Source: Phoronis australis
Lineage: Eukaryota > Animalia > Phoronida
NCBI GenBank assembly: GCA_002633005.1
Contig: NMRA01000406.1
Location: 66,862 to 130,861 of the forward strand
Length of the DNA stretch: 64,000 nucleotides
Direction of reading: 5' to 3'
The notes under the pieces are model-generated. The model saw only the letters and a program-made list of their open reading frames with translations. It was not told the origin of the DNA and ran no database searches. Position numbers and translations under genes: made by a program. This document shows, one piece after another, positions 27,101 through 39,100 of the stretch; within the stretch, counting starts at the first letter, position 1; the number at the start of each line of letters is the position of its first letter.

Positions 27101-30100
27101 GCGTTTTGATCAGACGGCGCGACATTGACGTCAGAACACCATCCCATACGCGTTCAGAAGGGGTGTAAAGGAAGCTCTCTATGAGCGCATTGAAAGTCCC
27201 TCTTTAAATAAAAGAGGCGGTTTAAGATTCGATTTGTCGCACATATGGGATGGTGTTCTGACCTCAATGCAGCGCCGTCTGGTCAAAACGCCACCAATTG
27301 GCCAGAATAACGATAATGTCACAAGCCAAGCTGAAGTCCGTGAGATGCAGACGCAATGTCACTAATTTTTGTAAGTTGTTATATTCCAGTATTAGACTCA
27401 AACAAACATTAAAGTTTTCGCAGTGCTGAATTTCATTTAAAATCTCAATTCAACTACTTTCTTCATAATTTCACCATAACACAAAAATCAAAATTCAAAT
27501 GCGCAGGTCTGTGACTAAAGGGCAAAATATGTTATACAGATCCACATACTAAAAAAGAATTAATAAGTCTCAATTAACATGACTTGTTTTAGTGGAAAAT
27601 GTCCGAGAGACCATTTGCTTCTAGAAATATGAATGTCAGAAATTTTGGAAATAACTCACTGATGAAATCAGTTGTGTTGGCTGAACAATGGCTCCGAATG
27701 ACCCCGCTGATGTCATCGATGTTGAAGTGGACACGCTCATTAACAGACTTCCTCTATAGGCCACGCCCTCTCCAAAGCCCTGGTTGAGGTAGTTATGTTT
27801 ATCCAGCATTTCATATGTTCTATTCGCACCATACATATTCACCCAGCATGGGCCGAACGTTGGGCGGAAGCCTGGACATGCAAAAATATTACTTTTCAAT
27901 GACACAGCAATACACTAGATTTTAAAACAAAACTGTTACGGTACTAAAATCCATGTGCATCTATTCCAACATTGTGGCTAATTTTACAACCATCTTCTCA
28001 ACCATTGAAGCAGAAACTGAGCCATATCACCACTGGTCCAACAATGCAACCATCTCAGTACTGGGTCAACAGTGGAACCAGTTCAGCACTGTGTCAAGAA
28101 CAGACCCATCTCACCACTGTGTCAACAATAGAACCATCTCAACTCTATAATAATAATTATCTCAGCACTGTGTCAACAATGGAACTATCAGCACTGTACC
28201 AACAACAGAACCATTTCAGCACTGTACCAAAAGTATAATCATTTCAACACTGTATCAACAATAGAACCATCTCAGCACTGTATCAACAATAGAACCATCT
28301 CAGTACTGTATAACAATAGAACCATCTCAACACTGTATCAACAATAAACCATCTCAGCACTGTATCAACATTTGGAACCATCTCAGCACTGCGTCAACAA
28401 TGGATAACTTGAACATTAATTAGACAGAGCCACTTCAACAGAGTGCACAGCACAAGACGAGAGGTCCAACACCGTAACTATCATATGACAAGTAAACAAA
28501 ACTAGACACTAACCATGCTTTTTGCTCCTGCTGCAGATCTGTGCCAGAGATATGAAGTGTGTTGCAATCACGTCATCCCGTAAAGGGTTATGATCAACAA
28601 GCTGTACTTTGAATCTCTTGTACAAAGGGGGTGAAAGATCCGTGAAGGTGATCTCCTGGTTCCAGACAGGGTTGTAGCAAGCTCTTTTAACTGAGGTTTT
28701 GTCCTGCAATGCCAATTGTTTATATGTTTTAAATATTCCTTTCAACCTGAGATCAATATTTAAAAGCAGCACTGTCAGCTGCCTCTCAATCAACAAACCA
28801 ACAATAACAGAATGTCATATACATCATACGTTAGGCCTTCAGCAATATCAAATGGTGGGCTCTGGCCACACTTAGTATATTCAACAAGTCACTCACAGAC
28901 ACGGTTCCAAAGGTGACCCGTACACACGGGTCACACAAGGCCATGTTTGCACTAGTCAGCGCTTTCTTTATGCTGGCCACTACACCCAGGTCCATGCGCG
29001 GCAGATCACGGGCTTTGTAGATCTTGATGGTGAAGCGAATGGGCTGACGAGGGAACATAATACCCATGGGCAACATTAGATTCCTGGAACATACGGTATA
29101 ACATGACCTCAAAATGGACTGAAAGGGAACACAACAACCCTTAGGGTGCATTAAATACTGCAATATACAGCGAACTGTGATGATGACACATATTGTGTTT
29201 GGTGGAACTGATCAATAACAAAGTCTATGGTAGGCAAGTAAAAAAGTAGTTGCAAATCTATTACGATTTTTGCTTCAGGTTTACTTTCAATGAATGACAG
29301 ACCTTTTTTACTTAGGGGTGGAAAATGACGATGTTCAAAAAACAATGTGTTTCAATGAATGACATACTAGAACTTACTTTTCAAAGTCATCATCATCAAC
29401 TGTTTTGACTGGCATGCATTCAACAGGGTTATTTGAGCTCATGGCTACTATGGTACACTTGACAAATCCACGATTTCCAGCAGCAAAGTTGTTGGGATCC
29501 ATGAGTGGGGCCCACTTGTTCACAAACTGGTGACCTGGTGCAGGAGCAGATTAATTACTAAAGAGTTATTACATAACTGTGCGCTGTCAAAAAAATTTGG
29601 AAACGAGATCAAAATATCCTAAATTTGAGTGGATTTTTTTTCAAATATCAGGGTCTGCACCTATGATTTTGATCACAAAGAAAATTGTTGGCTATCAAGA
29701 CTGAAACAGTTTGAACAGAAATACTTTTTCACATGGAAAATGTCCTTCCCTTCAATCAAAAATTCTGAAATGGGAAAATCTTGTTTGGAAAGTTGAAGTA
29801 CAATCTACACAAATAATATTTTCCATAATAGTCACATATGATAAAAAATTGATGTTAATAGATTATTTTAATAACTTAGTCTTATCAAAATGTCATAGCG
29901 AAGAAATTGATTAACATACTAGGGGACCCACACTTCGACTGCCTTCGGGCGAAGTTGCCTAACAGTAAGGCCCACTCTCTTACCGTCTTTAGAGGGGTCC
30001 CTATATTAATATAGAGGGCCCCCACCTAAAAGCAATGGAAATGCGGGGTCTTTCATATTAATATAGAAGTCTCACTCTCTGGTTGTCTTCTATGGGGGCC

Positions 30101-33100
30101 CCATTTCTGAGGTCCAAATTTTTTTCTGATGTCATTTTAATAATTAAGTCAATATAAAATAATAAGCTACTGATTCTCTCACAACTATCTACAAAAGGCC
30201 TTAGAACAAGTGGACAGGTCAAGAATACAGATATTGCAAGGTGCATGACTTGTACATATAAGTGAACCTGCATTAGATTAGTAGACAAAATGGGAGAAGA
30301 AAGAGAATGTGTGAATGAAAGCCTTGCAGCATCTTATAAGTCAAGCGCATAGGTTGAGAATATGACCTTTGGAATGTACATGTTATTTTGACTGACACTT
30401 TTGTTTGATGAACCCAAAACGTGAGAATCAGAGAAGGATGGAATGACCCTGGCAAGAGTACACTGCGGGAACTTTATAAGGTAAAAATTGAGGTGTGCCA
30501 AGTTCCAGCGTGTTCTACTCAATGGAGGAATGGTTGTTCAGAAAAGCTACATGGGAACCAACAGTAATGCAAAGCGTTGAAATGAGTCAATGACTGCATC
30601 GCAAACAATACGCTTCTGAGTGGTTGTGCAATATGACTGAACTAATTTGGTCACAATGACATAAAAGCTGAAAACTGGTGCATCCCAGTCATACACTTCT
30701 GTGTCAAGGTCCATCAAAAAATTGTTTTAGCCAAAAGGGAGTGTTACAGTAGCCCAATCTGACCGACAAGGAACTTATGTCACCACATCCCGGCCACAAA
30801 CTCTTGTGCTATATGTTTCATTAAAATCTGTCAAGCAGTGTTGACTATACAGATAAGCTATACCTTGACAGAAATTAAATGGTCAGCAACAGTTGAATAG
30901 GTCCAAAAATCATCTGGTGCCACACATACTCATCATACTTCTTAGTGTAAGTTCCATCAAAATCTGACAAGCCATTTTGATAAAAGGTAGACAAGGGCAA
31001 TCCTACAAAATCTAAAATGGCAAATGGGGGTTGCTACTACACTCAAATGTGTGCAAAAATCCACTGCTGATGAAGCGTCTCCGAATTCATCTGTGGTTTT
31101 GTTTAATTCTGTCAACTGAAGCCAGTTTGACTTATTATTGATGGAAAATCTTGCAAAAACTAGAACTGCCAACAAGGGGCTCCACAGCACTCATATTCAT
31201 CTGAAATCAACTGGTGTTGGCGCATTCAGCCATAAACACTGGTGTCAAGTTTTGCCAAAATCTGTCCAGTTGTTACAACTTGCTATAGTTGGAATTTTTT
31301 TAAAAAATCGTCGCAATCTAAAACTGGCCGCAGAAGATGCTGAAGAAGTCGACTCTGTTTGAAAAGCGACAGGTGATGGCACAGTTCTACCACACACATC
31401 TGCATCAAGTTTCAGCAAAACTTGTCATTTGCCAAAACTGGACAGTCAAACTGTCCATTTGTTGTCAAAAACTATTAAAATGAACAGGGGATACCATGGT
31501 AATCTAATCCATCCAAGTTGGCAGTCAGCCCCACCATATAAGTCATATATCTGTGTCAAGATCCATAATTAGCAGTTTTAGAGTAAACCAATGGTCAAGC
31601 AAACGAACATAACGACGGATGACGGAAGGAAGACAGACAGACAGACAGACTGACGGGATGCTGACTATACCAGACCACACATTTTTTGAGCGTGTATAGA
31701 AAGGAAAATCATAACACAGAGCACTCCATTTTCCACTAACACATTTTGAGACATGTAAATCAAGAAATTACATGATAGCAATTGTGAAAAATCGCCCACA
31801 AAACTATAACATCAACTGAGCTCATTTCAAACAAACACAACATTTACTAAAACTGTTGTACACAAAGAAAGCTGCCATTCATCTGGGTAAAGACATTACT
31901 ACAGTCACAACTTCCACAAAACCATATCAACTTTTAAAACACCTGACAACTAATCACTTTTCTGAACTACGAAGATATGACTCTCAACAGGAATTCTTTG
32001 AAAACTAAAAATTGTCAATATGTGTTATTTCTCCAGTTGGCTTATCCAGAAATTATCATCTGAATTAGCTCCGCAGTCAACATCTGGTCAGTCATGGTGG
32101 AACTGAATATCTCATTAAAATCAGGTGCTGGTACATTAAAAAGTTAATTGATCTGCTGAAAGGAAAAGACAAGCCATGCTTAAATTTTTTTTGTCAGAAA
32201 ATGCTGAATTTTGATGGGCTCCAGCTTCAGGCAATGGCTAGCTTGTGATCATGGCACATGCTGGCAAACAGCAAAATACAGCCATCACAGGGCATGTGTA
32301 TACCAAACATCCACTGTGTTAAAGCTCATCTTGCAATTCCTATAACGCCCTCTAGAGTAGGGACTACCTTTCTCTGCCCACACATAGCTGACGTCCATTT
32401 TGTGCACACCCAGTGTCTTCCCCAGTTGAAAGTAGTTCTTAAGCACACCTTGTGCCTGCATCAACGGGTTTGCACTAATCACCTAGAGAATAACGCACAT
32501 CACAGCCAGTTACTTTAAGAATAATATCAATGATAAAAGTGCTTAAGGTTGCATGTACCCTTAGTTAAAATGTCTTCTTCTTGACACATCTAAGTAACTG
32601 GTGATTGTCCATTCATAAAGTATTTTCTGAAACTAGGAATCGAGACAAATCTATTCATGTCATTCATAGCACTATGCAAGGCATTCTTGTGGTCACCTGA
32701 CCATGCATTTTTGGAAAAAAATGTCATTTTTGAAAACTCTGTTCCTTTCACCAGCATTCACCAAATTTTCTATACTAAAACTTTGACAAAAATGCTAAAA
32801 ACGCTGATTTTTAATGGTATTTTTGAGAATGTAACCTTAATATGCAACACAGTGTAAGCAGAGAAAAGGCAAAGTCGGAAACCTGTTGTGATCATTCATT
32901 TGCTTCAAGATCTTATTGTTAAGTGGAAATTTTATCTGACACTAGACATAGTGACTCCAGTTAACTCACAAAATTCTATACCTTTTATGTTACTTCTTTA
33001 ATATAAAATCAGAATTTAAAAACATTAAGAGTCCTGTTTTCATTTATTAAATAAAATTTCACACTCATGGTTTCATTTTTGTTCTAGTTTTAACAACTGA

Positions 33101-36100
33101 AGGTCTCGACAAGCCTAAGTGAAACTTTTCAAATAAGCGCCGAATGGTAAAAGATTAAATTGTGCATACAACTTACTGCAACAGTTATCACATTATCCAT
33201 GAACATCTCCTTAGGGACATTAAAGTCGAAGGCAAAGAACTGAAAAGAAGTTTCAAATTATCTTAAATTACTGATACATTGCATATCCAATGACGATAGG
33301 GTAAAATGTCACCTATTTAGGACACAATATGGCCGCCAAGAGACATTTTGTCAAAGTAATTCTTCCTTGAAAGATATGCAGCACCAAATTAATGCTTTTC
33401 CAAGTTCACGCTCTGCACCATAGCTACCATTAGATCTTTTGAAAAATTTGACAATTAACAATTACAGCTGTGTTAAAAGTACTAATAATACATACCATAT
33501 TCGCCGTAATAACCGCCCATGCCCCTGTAAGTGCCCCCCCATGCGTTTTCAGACTTTGCTAAAATAAGCGCCCAGTCCATGAATGTGTACGTGCGAAAAA
33601 TGCCTTACCTACAGTCCTAAAATTCTACAGTAACGTCTTCAATTTATCAATAATATCCGACACTCCTGAAAAAAATAATTGTTCGCAGAATCTGTAGACC
33701 ACAAGCCTCGCCGCTATGTCGGTATTTAGCCGTGACTATACACTTCAAACTTCCGCCATGCCTCAAAACAAACACAAAAGTTCTGCTGATATTGCGAGGA
33801 CCAATGGTCTGGCCTTTCAGAACAGAAGTAGTGTACTTGTCTACGAGATTGCTTTGTGAATATGTCCCGCTTTCAACAGGAATCCAAATTTCTTTGTAGG
33901 CCTACACGTGAAAACCACAAATCGAAGACTAATAAAAAGCTTGGCCAGTGTTAAAAGCACGTGGTCAGGAAGCGCGCGCTACATACATGAACCTGTCATC
34001 AAAGACATTAGTCGGGAACTATCCATTCATGAAACGGGTAGCATAGCATCGGCAAGAAATGAATATTGGCACTAATTTCCGACAGTTTCTAATACTATAA
34101 AAAATGTTTGCGTTATTTTTAAGATGAATTACTTGATTAACCATAATTGGAGTTTTTAAGCCAAATATCCGATAAAATGACCACTGACAGTGAATGCTTA
34201 CACACCCTTACACCGAAAAATAACTGTCAGATAGTCACGTACACCGCATCCAGCCACATGGCGACTAATATGGCCTTAACGAGACAAATGTCAAACGTTT
34301 TTAGCACATGAGAACGGCAAGTGCTGAATGAAACACGCTCTGGTTTAGGCCTACTACTTGTGCAAATTTCTTTAGATACAATGCACATCTAGCTCGTTAG
34401 ATTGCGTGGCTCTGGCCAAAAGAAGGTATCTGCCCTGGCATATGAACTCTGGTGACACGCACGCGCTCGCTTACTCACAAAAGCAGACAACTTCAAAACA
34501 AACGTCACGTGACAACAACATGTGTGTTCGTCCAGACATTTTTCTCATGTTGCGCCGATCATAAATGTAGATGGCACGATGTACAAGCACAGATTTGTAC
34601 TTAAACCTGCCATGATCCCGACTCCACGGCAACTTAAAAATCTTAGGGACGCTACTTGGAAAACATTTCAGGTAATTTCCTTGAGTCGAAACTGTATTTT
34701 TATTGAAGCATTCAATTCGCCATATCGACGATTGCGAGGCAGGCAGTCGGCAAGTTTTCATCCAGGGATTTCAGCACAATTTTCTGTAAAATGATCGTAA
34801 TTTAGCAGCAAAGTTTGATTGCAATGCACCACGGTTTTGTAGAAAGTCTTTCATAGATTACAGATAGGTCACAGAGCGTAAATATGATGAATCTTAGCTT
34901 CTGATTTCACCCGTTTTGGAGACCGGGTTTCAACGGCCTTGGGTTATAATAAGCACCCCCCTGAAACGAATTTTTCTAAGCGCCCTGGGCGGTTATTACG
35001 GCAAATACGGTAGTACATTTCTATGTTTGTATGTGTTTGTGTGTGTGTATGAACGCCTCCAACTGTGAATACCTCACCTCATTGAAGAATGGACAGTTGG
35101 TAGACTTCCTAATGTTGGTACATCTCTGTTGGTCACCTACACTGACCACCACAGCTGGGTCAATGTCCAGTCCAGACAAGTTACGTGCCTCATGAATAGT
35201 GATTGCCACTTGGAAATGCCTGTCCTTCGGGAAGGCTTTGTCCAATGTAGGTGCAAACTGTCGGCTGTAATTGAAGACAGAATCAAACCTCCAATCACTA
35301 GGCAGAGTATATGTGACTATCAGCCACTTACTTAGGTCACATGACAAGCATCTATGACTGTTGGTTAGTCAGTTGTTACATAATTGAGGCACGCTGTTGT
35401 GTCATGAAAGGAATCCTAGGTTGACATTCTCAATGGTCAAGATTGGGCAACTCGAAAGGTTTACATACCTTGAAATCTGCTGGCATTGATAAAAGACACC
35501 ACAATGATGTAGCCTGCTGATGTTATTGTTCATCATGAACATACTGGAGGCAAAAATAGTTTCGTTAAATTTTTGTTTTGAATAGTTCGTGAATTGTATT
35601 AGGTTTTTGAATTTTGAAAATATGGCAAGAAATGTGATTTTTACAACCTAAAACGTTTAATTTTGCCATATTATGCTCCTCATTAGTTTTGCTGGGTGTG
35701 CAACATAATTGAGCAAATTACCAAACCACCAGGTAGCAGTTGGAGTTTGAGGTAAAAGTCACCGTACAACTGTTGGCATGGTGTGTTGAGGGCTTTTTAG
35801 ATGACATAGAAAAGACATGGTCAACTTATCTTAAGGTCACCTCAAATTAGCGTCTTATTACACATAAATCCCTCAACTCAAAGCCACCTTAGCATCACCT
35901 TAGTATAAGGTTATCTTAACTTTAATTGAGAAGCCTTGGTAACTTAAGGTGGCCTCAAACTCACCTTAGCACCACCTTGTTTCTGAAGCGTTGGAAAAAC
36001 CAGTTGTGATATGCGATTACTAAAAAACCATGCACTTATTGCCATTGTTTATATGGACATCAATAATATCGCTGTGGAGTTTGTTATAATTATTATTTTG

Positions 36101-39100
36101 ATTTTACGATTATTATTTTTTGTAACAGACTGTTATATTATTATCAACATTTTATTTCTATTTTAATAATAAGAATTATTATATCAGCATTATCATTATT
36201 TTTCAACATGTATGTGTGTTTTCAGGACAATGTGCCTACATCCGAACTAATGCATTTGCCAACAATTCCTTGGGTCAAATGCATTGTAGTAACATCATTA
36301 ATGAAAAACCTGGAAATTGATTGCACATACCTAACTCTGAAGCTGCGCCTATTTTTTTNCATCCCTTTGATCGTGAGCTGAGCGCGACTCAGCCAAGGTG
36401 GATAAATACGGTCTAGTTCAATTTTCCAAACCCCACCGTTTACCTTGACCATTGGGGTTAGGACCAATCTTATTTAGTGGGAGTGTTTATAGCATGTAAG
36501 CACCCTGGGCGGTTATTACGGCGAATACGGTAGTACATTTCTATGTTTGTGTGTGTTAATGTGTGTATGAACGTCTCCAAACGTGAATACCTCACCTCAT
36601 TGAAGAATGGACAGTTGGTAGACTTCCTAATGTTGGTACATCTCTGTTGGTCACCTACACTGACCACAACAGCTGGGTCAATGTCCAGTCCAGACAAGTT
36701 ACGTGCTTCGTGAATAGTGATTGCCACTTGGAAATGCCTGTCCTTCGGGAAGGCTTTATCCAATGTAGGTGCAAACTGTCGGCTGTAATTGAAGATAGAA
36801 TCAAACCTCCAATCACTAGGCAGAGTATATGTGACTATCAGCCACCTACTTAAGTCACATAACAAGCATCTATGACTGTTGGTTAGTCAGTTGTTACATA
36901 ATTAAGGCAGGCTGTTGTGTCATGAAAAGAATCCTACGTTGACATTCTCAACGGTCAAGATTGGGCAACTCGAAAGGTTTACATACCTTGAAATCTGCTG
37001 GCATTGATAAAAGACACCACAATGTTGTAGTTAATTACATCACTTCAAGCTGCTGATGTTATTGTTCATCATGAAAATACTGGAGGCAACAATAGTTTTG
37101 TTAAATGCCATATTTGAATAGTTCGTGAATTGTGCGTTATTAGGTTTTTAATTTTGAAAACCTGGCAAGAAACGTGATTTTTACAACCTAAAACGTTTAA
37201 TTTTGCCACATTATGCTCCTCATTAGTTTTGCTGGGTGTGCAACATAATTGAGCAAATTACCAAACCACCAGGTAGCAGTTGGAGTTTGAGGTAAAAGTC
37301 ACCGTACAACTGTTGGCATGGTGTGTTGAGGGCTTTTTAGATGACATAGAAAAGACAAGGTCAACTTATCTTAAGGTCACCTCAAGTTAGCGTCTTATTA
37401 CCCATAAATCCCTCAACTCAAAGCCACTTTAGCATCACCTTAGTATAAGGTTATCTTAACTTTAATTGAGAAGCCCTGGTAACTTAAGGTGGCCTCAAAC
37501 TCACCTTAGCACCACCTTGTTTCTGAAGCGTTGGAAAAACCAGTTGTGATATGCGATTACTAAAAAACCATGCACTTATTGCCATTGTTTATATGGACAT
37601 CAATAATATCGCTGTGGAGTTTGTTATAATTATTATTTTGATTTTACGATTATAATTTTTTGTAACAGACTGTTATATTATTATCAACATTTTATTTCTA
37701 TTTTAATAATAAGAATTATTATATCAGCATTATCATTATTTTTCAACATGTATGTGTTTTCAGGACAATGTGCCTACATCCGAACTAATGCATTTGCCAA
37801 CAATTCCTTGGGTCAAATGCATTGTAGTAACATCATTAATGAAAAACCTGGAAATTGATTGCACATCCCTAACTCTGAAGCTGCGCCTATTTTTTTTAAC
37901 TTTCTTAAATTTTATTTCTAAATACACTAATATTTACAAACAATAAGATCTTTGCAAATGAAACACATGCACACACACACGCACACACACACACACACAC
38001 ATCTAAATTATAGAAATTCACGGTTGGTTTAAAATAAATAGGCATTGACGGTTTCCCAAAAGGCAGTTATGCCGGGTTGTATATTCCTTACTTTACAATA
38101 ATTATACAAGAAACATTGAAATTGTGAATATCTAGGAATAATCTGGTTTCTAGAACATTTATGGATGAAATACTGGCAAATAGTTAATATGGTATTGATG
38201 TCTTCAAAATTACATCCAAAATATGCTGTCAGAATAACATTTCTATCTAAGATTAAATAGTGTTGTGCAGTTATGTAAATTAAAAGTTTCTGAATTTCAC
38301 ACCACAAAGTTTTCACAGAACCACATTCCACAAACATATGGTTAAAAGTCTCAACAGTTCCACAAGATGCACACTTGTCATCACTGATTAAGTTCATCTT
38401 TTTCAAAATAAGTTTTGTAAACACTTTTCTATGAATATAGAAGTGCTTAAAAGTTTTAAGATAAGGAGGTAACACGAGTTTGTGTGGAAGAACATAAATT
38501 TGTTTAATTCGTTGTCTAGAGGAAATGTCAGTTAAGATGTACTCTATATCAGGAGGCAAAACAATTTTGGAAAGCAAAATATTTCTAGAAAATACATTAG
38601 TAATTTGGCTTGACTGGGGATGTATATATTTTGAAATTGAAGGATCAGCTTTCAACTTAATCGCACGTCTCAAAGCAGCATAATGAACCCAATTCAAAAG
38701 CTTATATCTATGTTCCAAAACCTCCCATGTCAGAAATTTATTTTCAAAATTCAAAAGATCCTTCACAAAAGTAATACCAGCCTCAAAGAAACTATTAAAG
38801 AATACAGTCGTCCTATTAATCAATATGTTTTTGTTATTCCACACTACTTGGTTTACGATTGTTATGTCCTCATGTAAATGAGCACTAATTTCTTCCCAAG
38901 CAATCAAGATGTCAAGATAGAAGGTATCAATATTTGCAAGAGACAGCAATTTACAATCATAATTTGATTTAAAGATCAAAATACCTCCACATGTCTTAAA
39001 AACATACCCTAGAAACATTTTGAAAATTTCATTGTTTCCATCTAAGCAACGCGTAACCCACTTAACTAATGACTTGTACATAATATTTATACCAGGAACT

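Larger units (their letters stand above)
34978..37897. repeat. Tandem ~1.4-kb duplication (34978-36358 and 36498-37897) with an N at 36359
   Basis: Near-identical copies with scattered SNPs and small indels; each contains the C2B exon. Confidence 0.9.
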
